A stretch of 63,183 nt of DNA, counting the filler, from Aduncisulcus paluster (taxonomy: Eukaryota), in NCBI GenBank assembly GCA_024181965.1. It is 5 parts of 5 records of this genome, joined end to end, with 100 filler letters (N's around TTAATTAATTAA, not from the genome) between each part and the next. Parts side by side here need not be neighbours in the genome. Positions count along the whole stretch, not along the records: positions 36,012 to 52,070 come from BQXS01012702.1; positions 52,171 to 61,070 come from BQXS01012710.1; 3 more parts are not named here. One strand, 5' to 3'. A program made the position numbers and the translations under genes. The notes beneath the pieces are model-generated. The model saw nothing but the letters and a program-made list of their open reading frames with translations. It was not told the origin of the DNA and ran no database searches. Positions within the stretch are counted from its first letter, which is position 1, and the number at the start of each line of letters is the position of its first letter. This document shows positions 45,029 to 55,653 of this stretch, in pieces.

Positions 45029-47450
45029 ATGAAATATTCTCAACACAAGATAATTGCTCATTCTGCAAAGGGTATGGTATTCTCATCAAAGCATAAAAAC
45101 GGTTCTAAAGTCGTTGTGAAGGAGAGATGGCAGGCGGAAAGACTTGGAAATCCCCTGACTAAAGAACAGGATCTTATCTCTCGACTTGATCATCCAAATA
45201 TTATCAAAGTTATTGATTCCTACCGTCACGGTGGTGCTTTATCTATTGTATTCCCTGCTAGCGAAGGTGATTTGTCAAATGACATTGAGAAGCGACGTGA
45301 CCTGAACAAAGACGTTATTAACAACGATGCCTGGTATGGACGGAGATTTTCACGTATTCACCGCCCTCACCTCTCAGATTCTTCCTTTTCCTCCCCTTCT
45401 TTTTCCTCAAAAAATTCTTCTTCAACGTTTCATCATTCAGAACTCAGTATTTGGATTTTTTTGAATGAAATGATCGATGTTCTTGATTTTATTCATTCCA
45501 AAGATGTTATTCACCGCGATCTCAAACCTTCAAATATTCTTTTATTCAAACGTAAAGCGCCTCTTTCCAATCTTAAAAATATTATTCAACTGCCTGCTCC
45601 TTCGACGCCTATCCCTGGAGATCCGTCCATCTCCCAATATCCTGATCTATTTGTTAATTACATGCCAGTGTTGTGCGACTTTGGCATTGCTACTGAAGGA
45701 TCTACCGCTAAGACAATGATTGGAACGCCAAGATACATGTCTCCTGAAGTGTGTCGAGGAGAGGTGTACTCAGCTGCTGCGGATGTGTGGGGCCTTGGAC
45801 TCTGTGTTCTTGAACTCTGTGAGCTAAGACCGCCATTTCCTTCCCACCTGTCAATGAGGGAGCTTATGGGACGGATTGCTGATGGTGACATTCGAGTGCG
45901 TATGAACAAATCGAGGTGGAGTCCGGAATTATGCTCCATCGTTGATTCTATGATATCGATTGATTCTAAGCATCGTATTGAAGTGAAGAATCTGAAACCA
46001 TTAATTGGTCAGGGCTTGAAAAATGAAATTCGCAGAAGACTCGATAATCAACAAGGAACAATGCTTCCAAAACCTCCACTTTCAAAATCAAAACAACCTT
46101 TGGATAAAGTTGAATTGCCAATTAAAGAAAAGAGCAGAGCAGAAATAATAACCAGACATGATGATGAAAGGTCTTCAAGTCTTCAAAATATTGAATCATT
46201 ATCTCACCCACCCTTTCCTTCTTTGAATAACCAAAGAGATATTATTACCCCTGAACTAGCTTCTTTTGAGGAAAGTACAAACCCTCCCAGAGAATCCTTG
46301 AGTCCACAATCCCAAGTGAAGGATCCAGACATTCCAAGAAGAGACAAAGAGGGGAGAGAAGGGCTGTCAACTCAATATCAAAAGAAAGTTTATGTATCCA
46401 CACCATCTTTTTTTCAACAACGTAGATCAATCAGAGAGAAAAGAAGACGAGAAGAAGCTGTGATATCTGAACAACCTTCTTCACAATTGTCTTCTCAAAC
46501 ACCTGGGCAAAAAATTCCATCTTCAACAAGTAAGCACGAGCACATTGGTGTTATTGGTTTATTGAGAGGAGAAGGACCGTCGACTCAACGTTTGTATAAT
46601 ATTCGAGGACAAACGTCAAACAGGCATTCATCTCCATCGAGATACTCAATCGATATTGGAGAACCAGAGATTCCTGTGAGATGTGGTAAAGTTCTTGTTG
46701 TTCGTGACACTACTGTTGCTCGTAGAAATCCCCTTACTTCACATGAATCTGGAGCAACTGGTTCAATAGACACTCAGATTGGTGCATTGAGACCTGATAT
46801 ATCACCCAGAGCTCTCATTCAATACAAGAAAGAAGAGGAAGAGAAAGAGAAAAAGAGAGAGGGAAGAAGAAGAAGAAGAAGGAGAAGAAACGTTACCTCC
46901 AAAGCATTCAAGAGCTTCGATTTGGTCGCAAAAGAAGGTTGGTCATATTGGAATCATCAAAGCTCTTCCTTCCTCTCCTTCTTCTGCTCTCTCCATTCCT
47001 GACCAACATACTACTTGTGAGGATGAAAAGAGAGGACATATGGATAGTCATAGAAAAGAAAAGGATAGTTGTAGTTCCCCTCAGCAACAAGTTTCTCTTG
47101 GTCAGTCGTTTGGATTACATCATCATCATCATCATAACTGTGAAGACTCATCTGCTACAGCTCCACATTTCACTCCAGCCCAATTGCATGCCCAGGCCAT
47201 TGAGAGGAGAAGACATCGTGGTGTGCCTCCTTCGTTACTCGTTGGTGCCAAAGTCCAAAGGGCACGTCGACAAGCATTTTATGACATTCAAGAAAGACGC
47301 AAGAAGCACGAAGAAAAAGATGAGGTTGTACGAAAACCGAAGCATCGTGTAGAATATTATGGTGAAGCAAAGAAGGATGTCCATTATAGGAAAACAAAGA
47401 TTGGAGTAACTCGATTCAACCCACTATTTATGGAATGGGAGAGCGTATAA
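45029..47450 (+). CDS. NIMA-related (NEK-like) protein kinase; frameshift in the GA tract near 46860
   Basis: LDHPNII, IHRDLKPSNI, CDFGIA, AKTMIGTPRYMSPE and DVWGLG. After the tract, the frame ending at 47450 reads EEEGEETLPPKH... without stops. Confidence 0.85.
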
Positions 47451-47845
47451 TGAGGATAATAGCTTTGTGAACGAAGCTTTATATTTCGAGATAATCCACA
47501 GTAAAGAAGATTTGATAAAACACAAGGAAATGGATAATCATTTCATGGATTCCAATAACTTAAAAAACAGCCATCTATTTATGTCCCAATAAATACCCCC
47601 AATCTATGAAATTATACATTATACACGCCATTCCGGCATTCATTTTCCTATCTCTGGATGTCAACAATATTATCGAATATAGATGTTTTTTAGTTCACAG
47701 ATTTATACATTTATATCACTCTCATGACATGTACTTCCTTGGTTATATTGTCAATATCGATATAATTGGAGTTTGAAACGAATTGTCCATTTTCTCCGTG
47801 TTAAGAACAATACCCATTTTTTTGAGGGGATATTTTTATTTGTAG

Positions 47846-50800
47846 ATCTCAGTGAAATATTATAAAATGCCTCTAATCGATTCAAAAGAACCGCCAACAA
47901 CATCTAGTGTTTCAGAAAGCTCTCCTGCCATGGATGAGGAAAGAGAAGATACAAAATCTAAAGAATCACCATTTAAAGATTCAATATCTTGTGTTTTACC
48001 CCCTTCAATTGAATTAGAATCAGATTCGGCAAAATCTAGTGTTTTAGACTCTACTGTCGAGAATGCCAGGAATGAGCGGAGAGAAGATGAAACGTCGAAA
48101 GAATCAGAAGAATCATCATTCATAAGTTCAGGTTCTAGAAGATTACCCACTGTATGTTACAATTTCTTTGTTTTTACCCCTTTTTTTCCCGTTCTATTCT
48201 AACTCTAAAATGACTATTTGTGCCAACTTTGTTTGTTTGTAGATTGATACTGATACTATTGAAGCTCAACCAATTTCTCTTGAACTCCCTTCTTATACGA
48301 TTCCTATCCCTCGAAATTCAACCCTTATTTTTGCTGAATTCGAGTACATTAAATTAGGACATGTCAATCCTGCGAAACGTCATTTTCCAAAACCAAGCAC
48401 CGCTAAAGGTGCATACATTTTGTTTGAGAAGGATTATTTGCCTTCTCACCAGCTTATCGTGAAGTTCACTTCTTCTTCAAGAAAAGAAACGACCAAGAAA
48501 TATAAATTCCCTGAATCTGAGGAACCACAATGGTTCTATCTTCCAATCAATCTCCCTGATATTGCTAGATTTGAGATGGTTGTCGAAGACCACAGCCATA
48601 AAGAATTTGAAGTCAAATCCCTCGCTTTCGTTCGAGAAGAAATTCCCAAAGAATCAATTGATCGTAAACCTAGAGAAATACATCTTAAAAACCTCTGGTC
48701 TAAAGCTACATCTGTGACACCAGAGTTTATGAATGAAGGAAGTAGATATTCTATTCCTATTCCTCGTGATGATCCAACAATCATTGATCCTGCATTTAAA
48801 ATGGTGAATGGGAGTGACTATTTATATATTAAGGAATTAAGTAAGTATAATAAGAGTTTAGATGCACAAGATATGTTAAAGGGGGAAGCAGAAGTTACCT
48901 TATCCCATCTTTCCATCCCTTTTCCATCGCCAAGTCCAGTGAAAGGTGCTTATATCTGTGTGGATAAGAATTATAGTTCACCTTCTCTTCTCTTCACCTT
49001 CACTGATTGTGATGGTACGAAGACATCCAAGAAATATGAATTTTCAGAACCTAAACATTATTATGAATGGCATTACCTTCATATTGATTTATTGAATGTC
49101 ATAAAGTGCGAGATTGAAGGGAAAGGAATGTGGATAGATGAGAATAATCGGGTCTTTAACATCAAATCTCTTGTTTTCATCCAAGAACGCCTTATTCGTA
49201 AAACACATGAAAGTTATCGGGAAACTCTATCTTTTATGCCTCCAATCGATTCAGAATCAGATTCAACAACTTCTAGTGTTTCAGAAGGCTCTCCTGTCAT
49301 TGATAAGAGTCGAAGAAATGAAAAATCAGAAGAATTACCATTTACAAGATCTAGTTCAACAGATGTTGGTGTATGTTACAATTATTTATTTTGTGTCGTT
49401 TTATTATCCAAATTAGTTCGTACTCTAAAATGACTATTATTGAACCATTTGAACAATCTGTGATTTTTTATACCATCTTTTTATTGTAGATTTATACTGA
49501 TACAATTAAGGCTCAACCAATTTCTTCAGAAGTCGATATGGCTGATATTGATATTATTCCTATCCCTCGGGATGATCCTACTCTTATTTTTGCTGAATTC
49601 GAAGAGATTGAATTGGAATATGCCAAACCTATGGAATTCCATTTTCCAAAACCATCCTCCACGAAAGGGGCGTATATTTATTTTTGGCATCATTTACCAT
49701 CTCAGCTTTTCATCAAGTTCACTTCTTTAGGGAAAATAATCCTTAAGAAATATACATTTCCTCGATATCGAAGAGATAAATGGTTCTATCTTCCAATTGA
49801 TCTCCCTGATATTGCTAGATTTGAGGTGATTGTCGAAGATTCTAAAAAAAAGAAAGTCGAAATCAAATCCCTCGCTTTCGTTCGAAAAGAAACAACCGAA
49901 GAATCAACTTTTCGTAAATCTAGAGAAATACATCTTAAAAACCTCTGGTCTAAAGCTACAGCTGTGACACCTAAATTTATGAATGAAGGAGCTATTCCTC
50001 GTGATGATCCAACAATCATTGATCCTGCATATGAAATGGTGAATGGAAGTGACTATTCATATAGTAAGGAATTTCATGAATATGATAAGAGTTCAAGAGC
50101 ACAAAGAATGTTAAAGGGGGAAGTAAGAGTTACCTTATCCCATCTTTCCATTCCTTTTCCAGTACCAAGTCCTATGAAAGGTGCTTATATCCATGTGGAT
50201 AAGAATTATTGTTCACCTTCTCTTCTCTTCACTTTCACTCTTTCTGATGGTAAAAAGATACCCAAGAAATATGAATTTTCAGAACATAAACATGACTATG
50301 AATGGCACTTCCTTCATATTGATTTATCAAATGTTGTTTTATGTGAGATTCAAGGGAAAGGAATGTGGAGAGAGAAAAACAGTCGGGTCTTTAACATCAA
50401 ATCTCTTTTTTTTTTCCGAGAAGAAACCTCCGAGGAACGTCTTGTTCGTCAAACGAATGAGCATTGTTGGATAGAAGCTGTATGTTTTTAGATTTATTTT
50501 TAATTTTCTAACGAAACGATTCTTTGTTCACCTTAATTTTATATGATTATACTATCAATTTTCTTTATTTTTTTCGTTAATTACCTTTATAACAAATTTA
50601 AGCCAATTTTTAAACCAGAATTCATGAATCCAGGAAAGGTTCGTTTTATTCCTATTCCTCGTGATGATCCAGATATTATTAATCCTTCATTTGAGTTGAT
50701 AAAGGGAAAGAATGATTCAAATAGGAAGGAATCTAGGTATTATGATCAGAGTTCCAAAGCGCAGGAAATGTTAAAAGGAGATTATTCTTTTGTTAATTTT

Positions 50801-52034
50801 TCTCATCTTTCCATACCTTTCCCATCACCTAGTCCCATGAAAGGGGCTTATATCTGTGTTCATAAAGAAAATAGTTCACCCTCTCTTCTCTTCACGTTCA
50901 CTCTTTCTAATGGTAAGAAGACATTCAAGAAGTATGAATTCAGAACCTAAACATGACTATGAATGGCACTACCTTCCTATTGATTTAGAAAATGTTGTAT
51001 TGTGTGAAATTGAAGGGAGAGGAACATGGGAAAAGAAGAATAGTCGATGGTTTTGTATCAATTCTCTTGTGTTTCTGAAAAAACATATTTATCCAAATTA
51101 TTTCAAATTATTTAGTCAACTATAATACCTGAATTTAAAGGAGAAGGAGGATATAGATCTCCTCCAATTCATAGAGATGATCCACTTGTTATCAATCCTT
51201 CATTTGAATTGGTAAAGGGAAAGAATGATTCAATGAGTAAGGAATCAAAGGAATATGATATGAGTTCCTATGCACAGGAAACCTTATCCCATCTTTCCAT
51301 ACCTTTTCTATCACCAAGTCCTATGAAAGGTGCTAATATCTGTGTTCATAAGAATAATAGTTCACCCTCTCTTCTCTTCACTTTCACTTGTTCTAATGGT
51401 GAGAAGATATCCAAGAAGTATGAATTTACAAAACTTAAACATTGGCATGAATGGCACTTCCTTCCTATTGATTTACCAAACGTTATTTTATGTGAGATTC
51501 AAGGGAAAGGAACATGGAAAGAGAAAAACAGTCGTTGTTTTCAAATTGAATCCCTTATTTTCATCACAGGTGATGATATTCCTCCTCTCCCATCTGATTC
51601 TTCCAAACTTGTCAAACATGACTCCTTCACTCTCACTTCCTCTGCAACCATCACTCCTCAGTGCATCATTGGTCAGGGCGGATTTGGTGAAGTTATTCTT
51701 GTCAAGGTTGAAGGTATTCCCATTCCCTGTGTTCTGAAGAAGATGCTCAAAATTGCGGATAAAAAAGTTGTCAAGACATGTCGCAAGGAATTTAGAGTTC
51801 AAAGAAAGTTGTTTAACAACCCCAAATGTTTCAATCGTATATCACGTCCTTTGTATATTCTTGATCTTCTTGATGCAGATTTGAAGGGAGTTTATGGATT
51901 CCTTATGGAGTTTTGTATTGGAGGTAGTGTGAGTTCATTTGCCAAGAAATGGTGTATTCAAGATGGAAAAGAAGAGGAAGAGGAAACTTCTAAATCTTCT
52001 TCAGACAGTGAAGAAAGAGAAGAAAAAGAGGAAG
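47846..52034 (+). CDS. Multi-exon kinase gene with six beta-rich repeat domains; kinase truncated at the scaffold end; possibly a pseudogene
   Basis: Phase-0 introns at 48152-48242, 49371-49489 and 50480-50602 (all GTATGT..AG), plus a doubtful one ending at 51115. A 2-nt frameshift occurs near 50940. The kinase N-lobe (CIIGQGGFGEV, VLKKM, RPLYILDLLDAD) is nearly identical to that of the 7626-10577 gene. The first exon was not identified. Confidence 0.75.
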
Positions 52035-52070
52035 AGGTGGTGTATTGCCTTCCTTGATTGAGCATGGAGA

Positions 52071-52170
52071 NNNNNNNNNNNNNNNNNNNNNNNNNNNNNN
52101 NNNNNNNNNNNNNNTTAATTAATTAANNNNNNNNNNNNNNNNNNNNNNNNNNNNNNNNNNNNNNNNNNNN
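52071..52170. other. Artificial scaffold linker
   Basis: 44N-TTAATTAATTAA-44N. Confidence 0.97.
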
Positions 52171-52171
52171 C

Positions 52172-53608
52172 TTACTCTTTTCTAAGTTCATTCCGGATCA
52201 TGAGACGGAACATTTCCTTCATTTTATCAAATTCGTCCCTCACGACTTTCCTGACTTCATCGCGTACGACTTTCCTAACCTCTTCGCCCATCTCTGCTCT
52301 TGTAACGATTTCAGAGAGAGGAACCGCCATTGCACGCAACTTGAGGGTTTTGCCTTGCACACTGAGCTCTGTGGGATACTCAATTTCTTTCCATGTGGCG
52401 GGAATCGAAGAAACAGGAAGGCCATCGGCGTCTTCGGGAATAGAGGCCCTAGAACGCAATGAAGAAGAGAAGGCGTGTGCAGAAGTGATGGATCGTGGTG
52501 GAGAAGCTCTGTCAGGGCTTGGAGAGTCATCTCTTCTCTCTGAAGGGAGCGTGGAAGCCAGGCTCTTTCTTACACTACTCTCTCCACTCGTAGTCTTGGG
52601 AATCATGTATGGACTGCCGTGTAACGGATTGGGATGTTGAACTATGCTTTCTGCCCGTGGACGAGTTGGAGATGAAGCCAGTTGAGCTGTGTATCTAATA
52701 TGCTCCCAACTCAGACGGTTTATCTCTTTTTGCTTTTGTGCTGCAATTCTTTCTTTTTCGGCCTTTTCAGCGGCAAGCCTGGCCTGTCTTTCTTTTTCGG
52801 CCTTTTCAGCGGCAAGCCTGGCCTGTCTTTCTTTTTCGGCCTTTTCAGCGGCAAGTCTGGCCTGTCTTTCTTTTTCGGCTTTTTCAGCGGCAAGCCTGGC
52901 CTGTCTTTCTTTTTCGGCTTTTTCAGCGGCAAGCCTGGCTTGTCTTTCTTTTTCGGCCTTTTCAGCGGCAAGTCTGGCCTGTCTTTCTTTTTCAGCTTTT
53001 TCAGCGGCAAGTCTGGCTTGTCTTTCCTGTTCTATTGCAATAGTAGCTCTGGATTCATCTTCGCTGTCCTTGGGTTGGTATTTACGTCTTTGTTCAAGCC
53101 ATTCTTTCTCTTCTTGTTCGAGTTTGATTTGAGATTCAGCCGAAATATGACCAACGGGAGGAGTTTGGGGGGTGAGTATTTTCGTTTTGGTGGGCTTTAA
53201 TGGTACTTTAGATTGTTCTCTTATTTGACGTAATTGGTCTTCAGAAAGAGATCTCACCGATAGACGACCCTGTTCTTGAGCGCGATCAATGGTTTGTTTA
53301 ATATCCATAATACTTCTATATCCTGATTCTTCGGTAGTATACAACACATACGAAGGGTTTTTAACATTTTTTGCAGTCACTTCAACCTGATAAGTTTTTT
53401 TCCCTTGGTCTGAATTTATGAGAAATTCTCCAATCGAATAATCCATCATTTGAAGTTCAAAATCATCCGGGGTTGATTGAGACTTATATTTACCAATAAG
53501 TTTTCCAGAACTTGCATTGTATGACATTGAATAATAGTGGGGAGCAAATAATACCAGACCCTTGGCTCCAGAGGGATTTGGCTTATATATAGCGACATTT
53601 AGATCCAT
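52172..53608 (-). CDS. Hypothetical protein with a central charged helical repeat
   Basis: 478-aa ATG-to-TAA ORF with a globular-looking N-terminal region of about 110 aa and seven ERQARLAAEKAEK repeats. Confidence 0.75.
   Translation of the reverse strand: MDLNVAIYKPNPSGAKGLVLFAPHYYSMSYNASSGKLIGKYKSQSTPDDFELQMMDYSIGEFLINSDQGKKTYQVEVTAKNVKNPSYVLYTTEESGYRSIMDIKQTIDRAQEQGRLSVRSLSEDQLRQIREQSKVPLKPTKTKILTPQTPPVGHISAESQIKLEQEEKEWLEQRRKYQPKDSEDESRATIAIEQERQARLAAEKAEKERQARLAAEKAEKERQARLAAEKAEKERQARLAAEKAEKERQARLAAEKAEKERQARLAAEKAEKERQARLAAEKAEKERIAAQKQKEINRLSWEHIRYTAQLASSPTRPRAESIVQHPNPLHGSPYMIPKTTSGESSVRKSLASTLPSERRDDSPSPDRASPPRSITSAHAFSSSLRSRASIPEDADGLPVSSIPATWKEIEYPTELSVQGKTLKLRAMAVPLSEIVTRAEMGEEVRKVVRDEVRKVVRDEFDKMKEMFRLMIRNELRKE
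52748..53026 (-). repeat. 39-nt coding tandem repeat x7
   Basis: Near-identical units that differ at synonymous positions of the minus-strand frame. Confidence 0.92.
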
Positions 53609-53883
53609 TTAACTTTATCAGACAATAAAATTTTTGAGAGATTTAATTATAAAATGCGAAATATGCAAAGCTGTGTCAGAAAAGTTACAGATTTTTTTTT
53701 GATGATTTCTCAGCTGTGAATTGGTAATATTTTGACAAATTTTCCATTCTTTTCGGTGCTTAGCAGGTACTATTGGTCAAATATTTCCCATAAATTCACA
53801 AAAAATTAGAAGAAAATAATTTAGTTGGAAACTGTCGTTATTGGCCCCGTTGATAACATTACCAAATTAGTGAATGGCCTAAA

Positions 53884-55265
53884 ATGTCAAAATTTAATAG
53901 CTCAACGTTAGTAGAACAAAAAAAGACGGAAGATGTTTGTATGAAACTGCTTTCTACACAACGACAGTTTTCTGATTATCCTGACAAGTATGTGATCTTA
54001 TTATTTTATTGTGGATCCATTAAATCTAATATTTTATTTGATTAACATCTTTGTTGATCTTGTTCATTACTTTTAGGCTGGAACTTGAACGTTCAATCCA
54101 CTTGGATTTTATTTTGGGAAGACTCGATGGTTTGTCTCGTTGGAAAACAGGATTACATACAACAAGACCGTTTTTAACATTTTGGCTCTGTAATTCTCTT
54201 GCTATGTTAGATCAGTTGGCACCAGTCATTAAAACTCGAGTATTGGATTCTTTGAAGGCTTGGCATCTCCCTGGCGGTGGATTTGCAACAACATTTTCTC
54301 CTCATGCTGCATCAATATATTCTTCGATGAATTGTTTAGCTCTTTGTGCTTGTTCTCCGAAAGATTTTGAATATTTCGATTCCAAAGCTTTATATCGAGT
54401 TTTAGAAGAACTTCATAATCCTGATGGTTCATTTCGCAGTGAAATTGATGGAGAGACCGATCCCAGGATCACATATTGTTGTGTTATTTCAGCTTACCTC
54501 GCTGGGATTGATGTGACTGTGGATCCTCTTTTTTCCAAGACCCACGAATACATCAAGAGTTGTCAAACATATGAAGGTGGATTTACGACAAGGAGAGGTG
54601 GGGAAGCTCATGCGGGATATACTTATTGTTCAATTGCAACTCTCTCCCTCTTGCAAAAACTTGAGTGCATCGATATTACCCGACTATCGTTCTGGCTTGT
54701 TCAGAGACAGATGGATATCGAAGGTGGTTTCAATGGGCGGACTCATAAGCTTGTAGATGGCTGTTATAGCTTTTGGGTTGGCGCTTCACATTCCCTCTTA
54801 TCGAAATTCTTTGTTAAACAAGCCCACGATGATATTGTAAAACATTCATCCGAGAGTTCTTCGATGTCCGAGGGTTCTGATGGTGCTGAACTCCCCATGT
54901 CTGTCCCTTGTATGTCGTTTGATCCCGACAAGCCTTTCTATTCTATTCCGGCATTCTCAGGTGATATGCTTATCGCACAAGAACGTGTTCAAGAGTACAT
55001 ACTTGTTTGCTGCCAAGGTTCTAATGGCGGGCTGCGTGATAAGCCTCCAAAATATCCTGATGAATATCATACTTGTTATTGTTTATCTGGACTTTCTCTA
55101 ACTCAACATGGAAGCGGAACAGTGAAATTTGATGATGGGGAAACAATCAAAGCTGAAGAGGTTATCCTTGGAGATCCTTCAAATAGGCTTCAAGAAATTG
55201 ATCCCATTTTCAATATTCCAATTGGTTGTGCTGAAAAATTGCATCGTATGATGCAAAAAAGATGA
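53884..55265 (+). CDS. FNTB: Protein farnesyltransferase beta subunit (2 exons: 53884-53987 and 54077-55265)
   Basis: QTYEGGF, GEAHAGYTYC, GRTHKLVDGCYSFW and LRDKP..DEYHTCYCLSG. An 89-nt GTATGT..TTTTAG intron at 53988-54076 joins MSKFNSSTLVEQKKTE in frame. Confidence 0.92.
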
Positions 55266-55653
55266 GAAGATAATTTTAGTGAGGAATTTGAAGAAGTTTT
55301 GTTGCTCATTCTTATGAGTATTTTTTGAACTTTCTTTGAAAGTCTTTCTAAAATCGAGAATGATCAACTCTATTCTATTATGGAGCGGTGGAATAAATGC
55401 AAATTGGACGTACTTGATGTAATAATTGTCAACAACATCAGTGGTTACCCTATTGACTCCTCAATTATGGAAATTCTATCTTCCTTACTAACGGCACTAG
55501 TAGTGCTGAAAAATGGATTTTTATGGTATGAAATTTTGTTATAAATTACTCTGATAATAAATACTTATCCGTTGGAAAATTTTTATGAATGCATCAATGA
55601 CTTATGAGAAATGATTCTGTACTTTGTGCGTAAAATCGTTTTTTGAAGACAAA

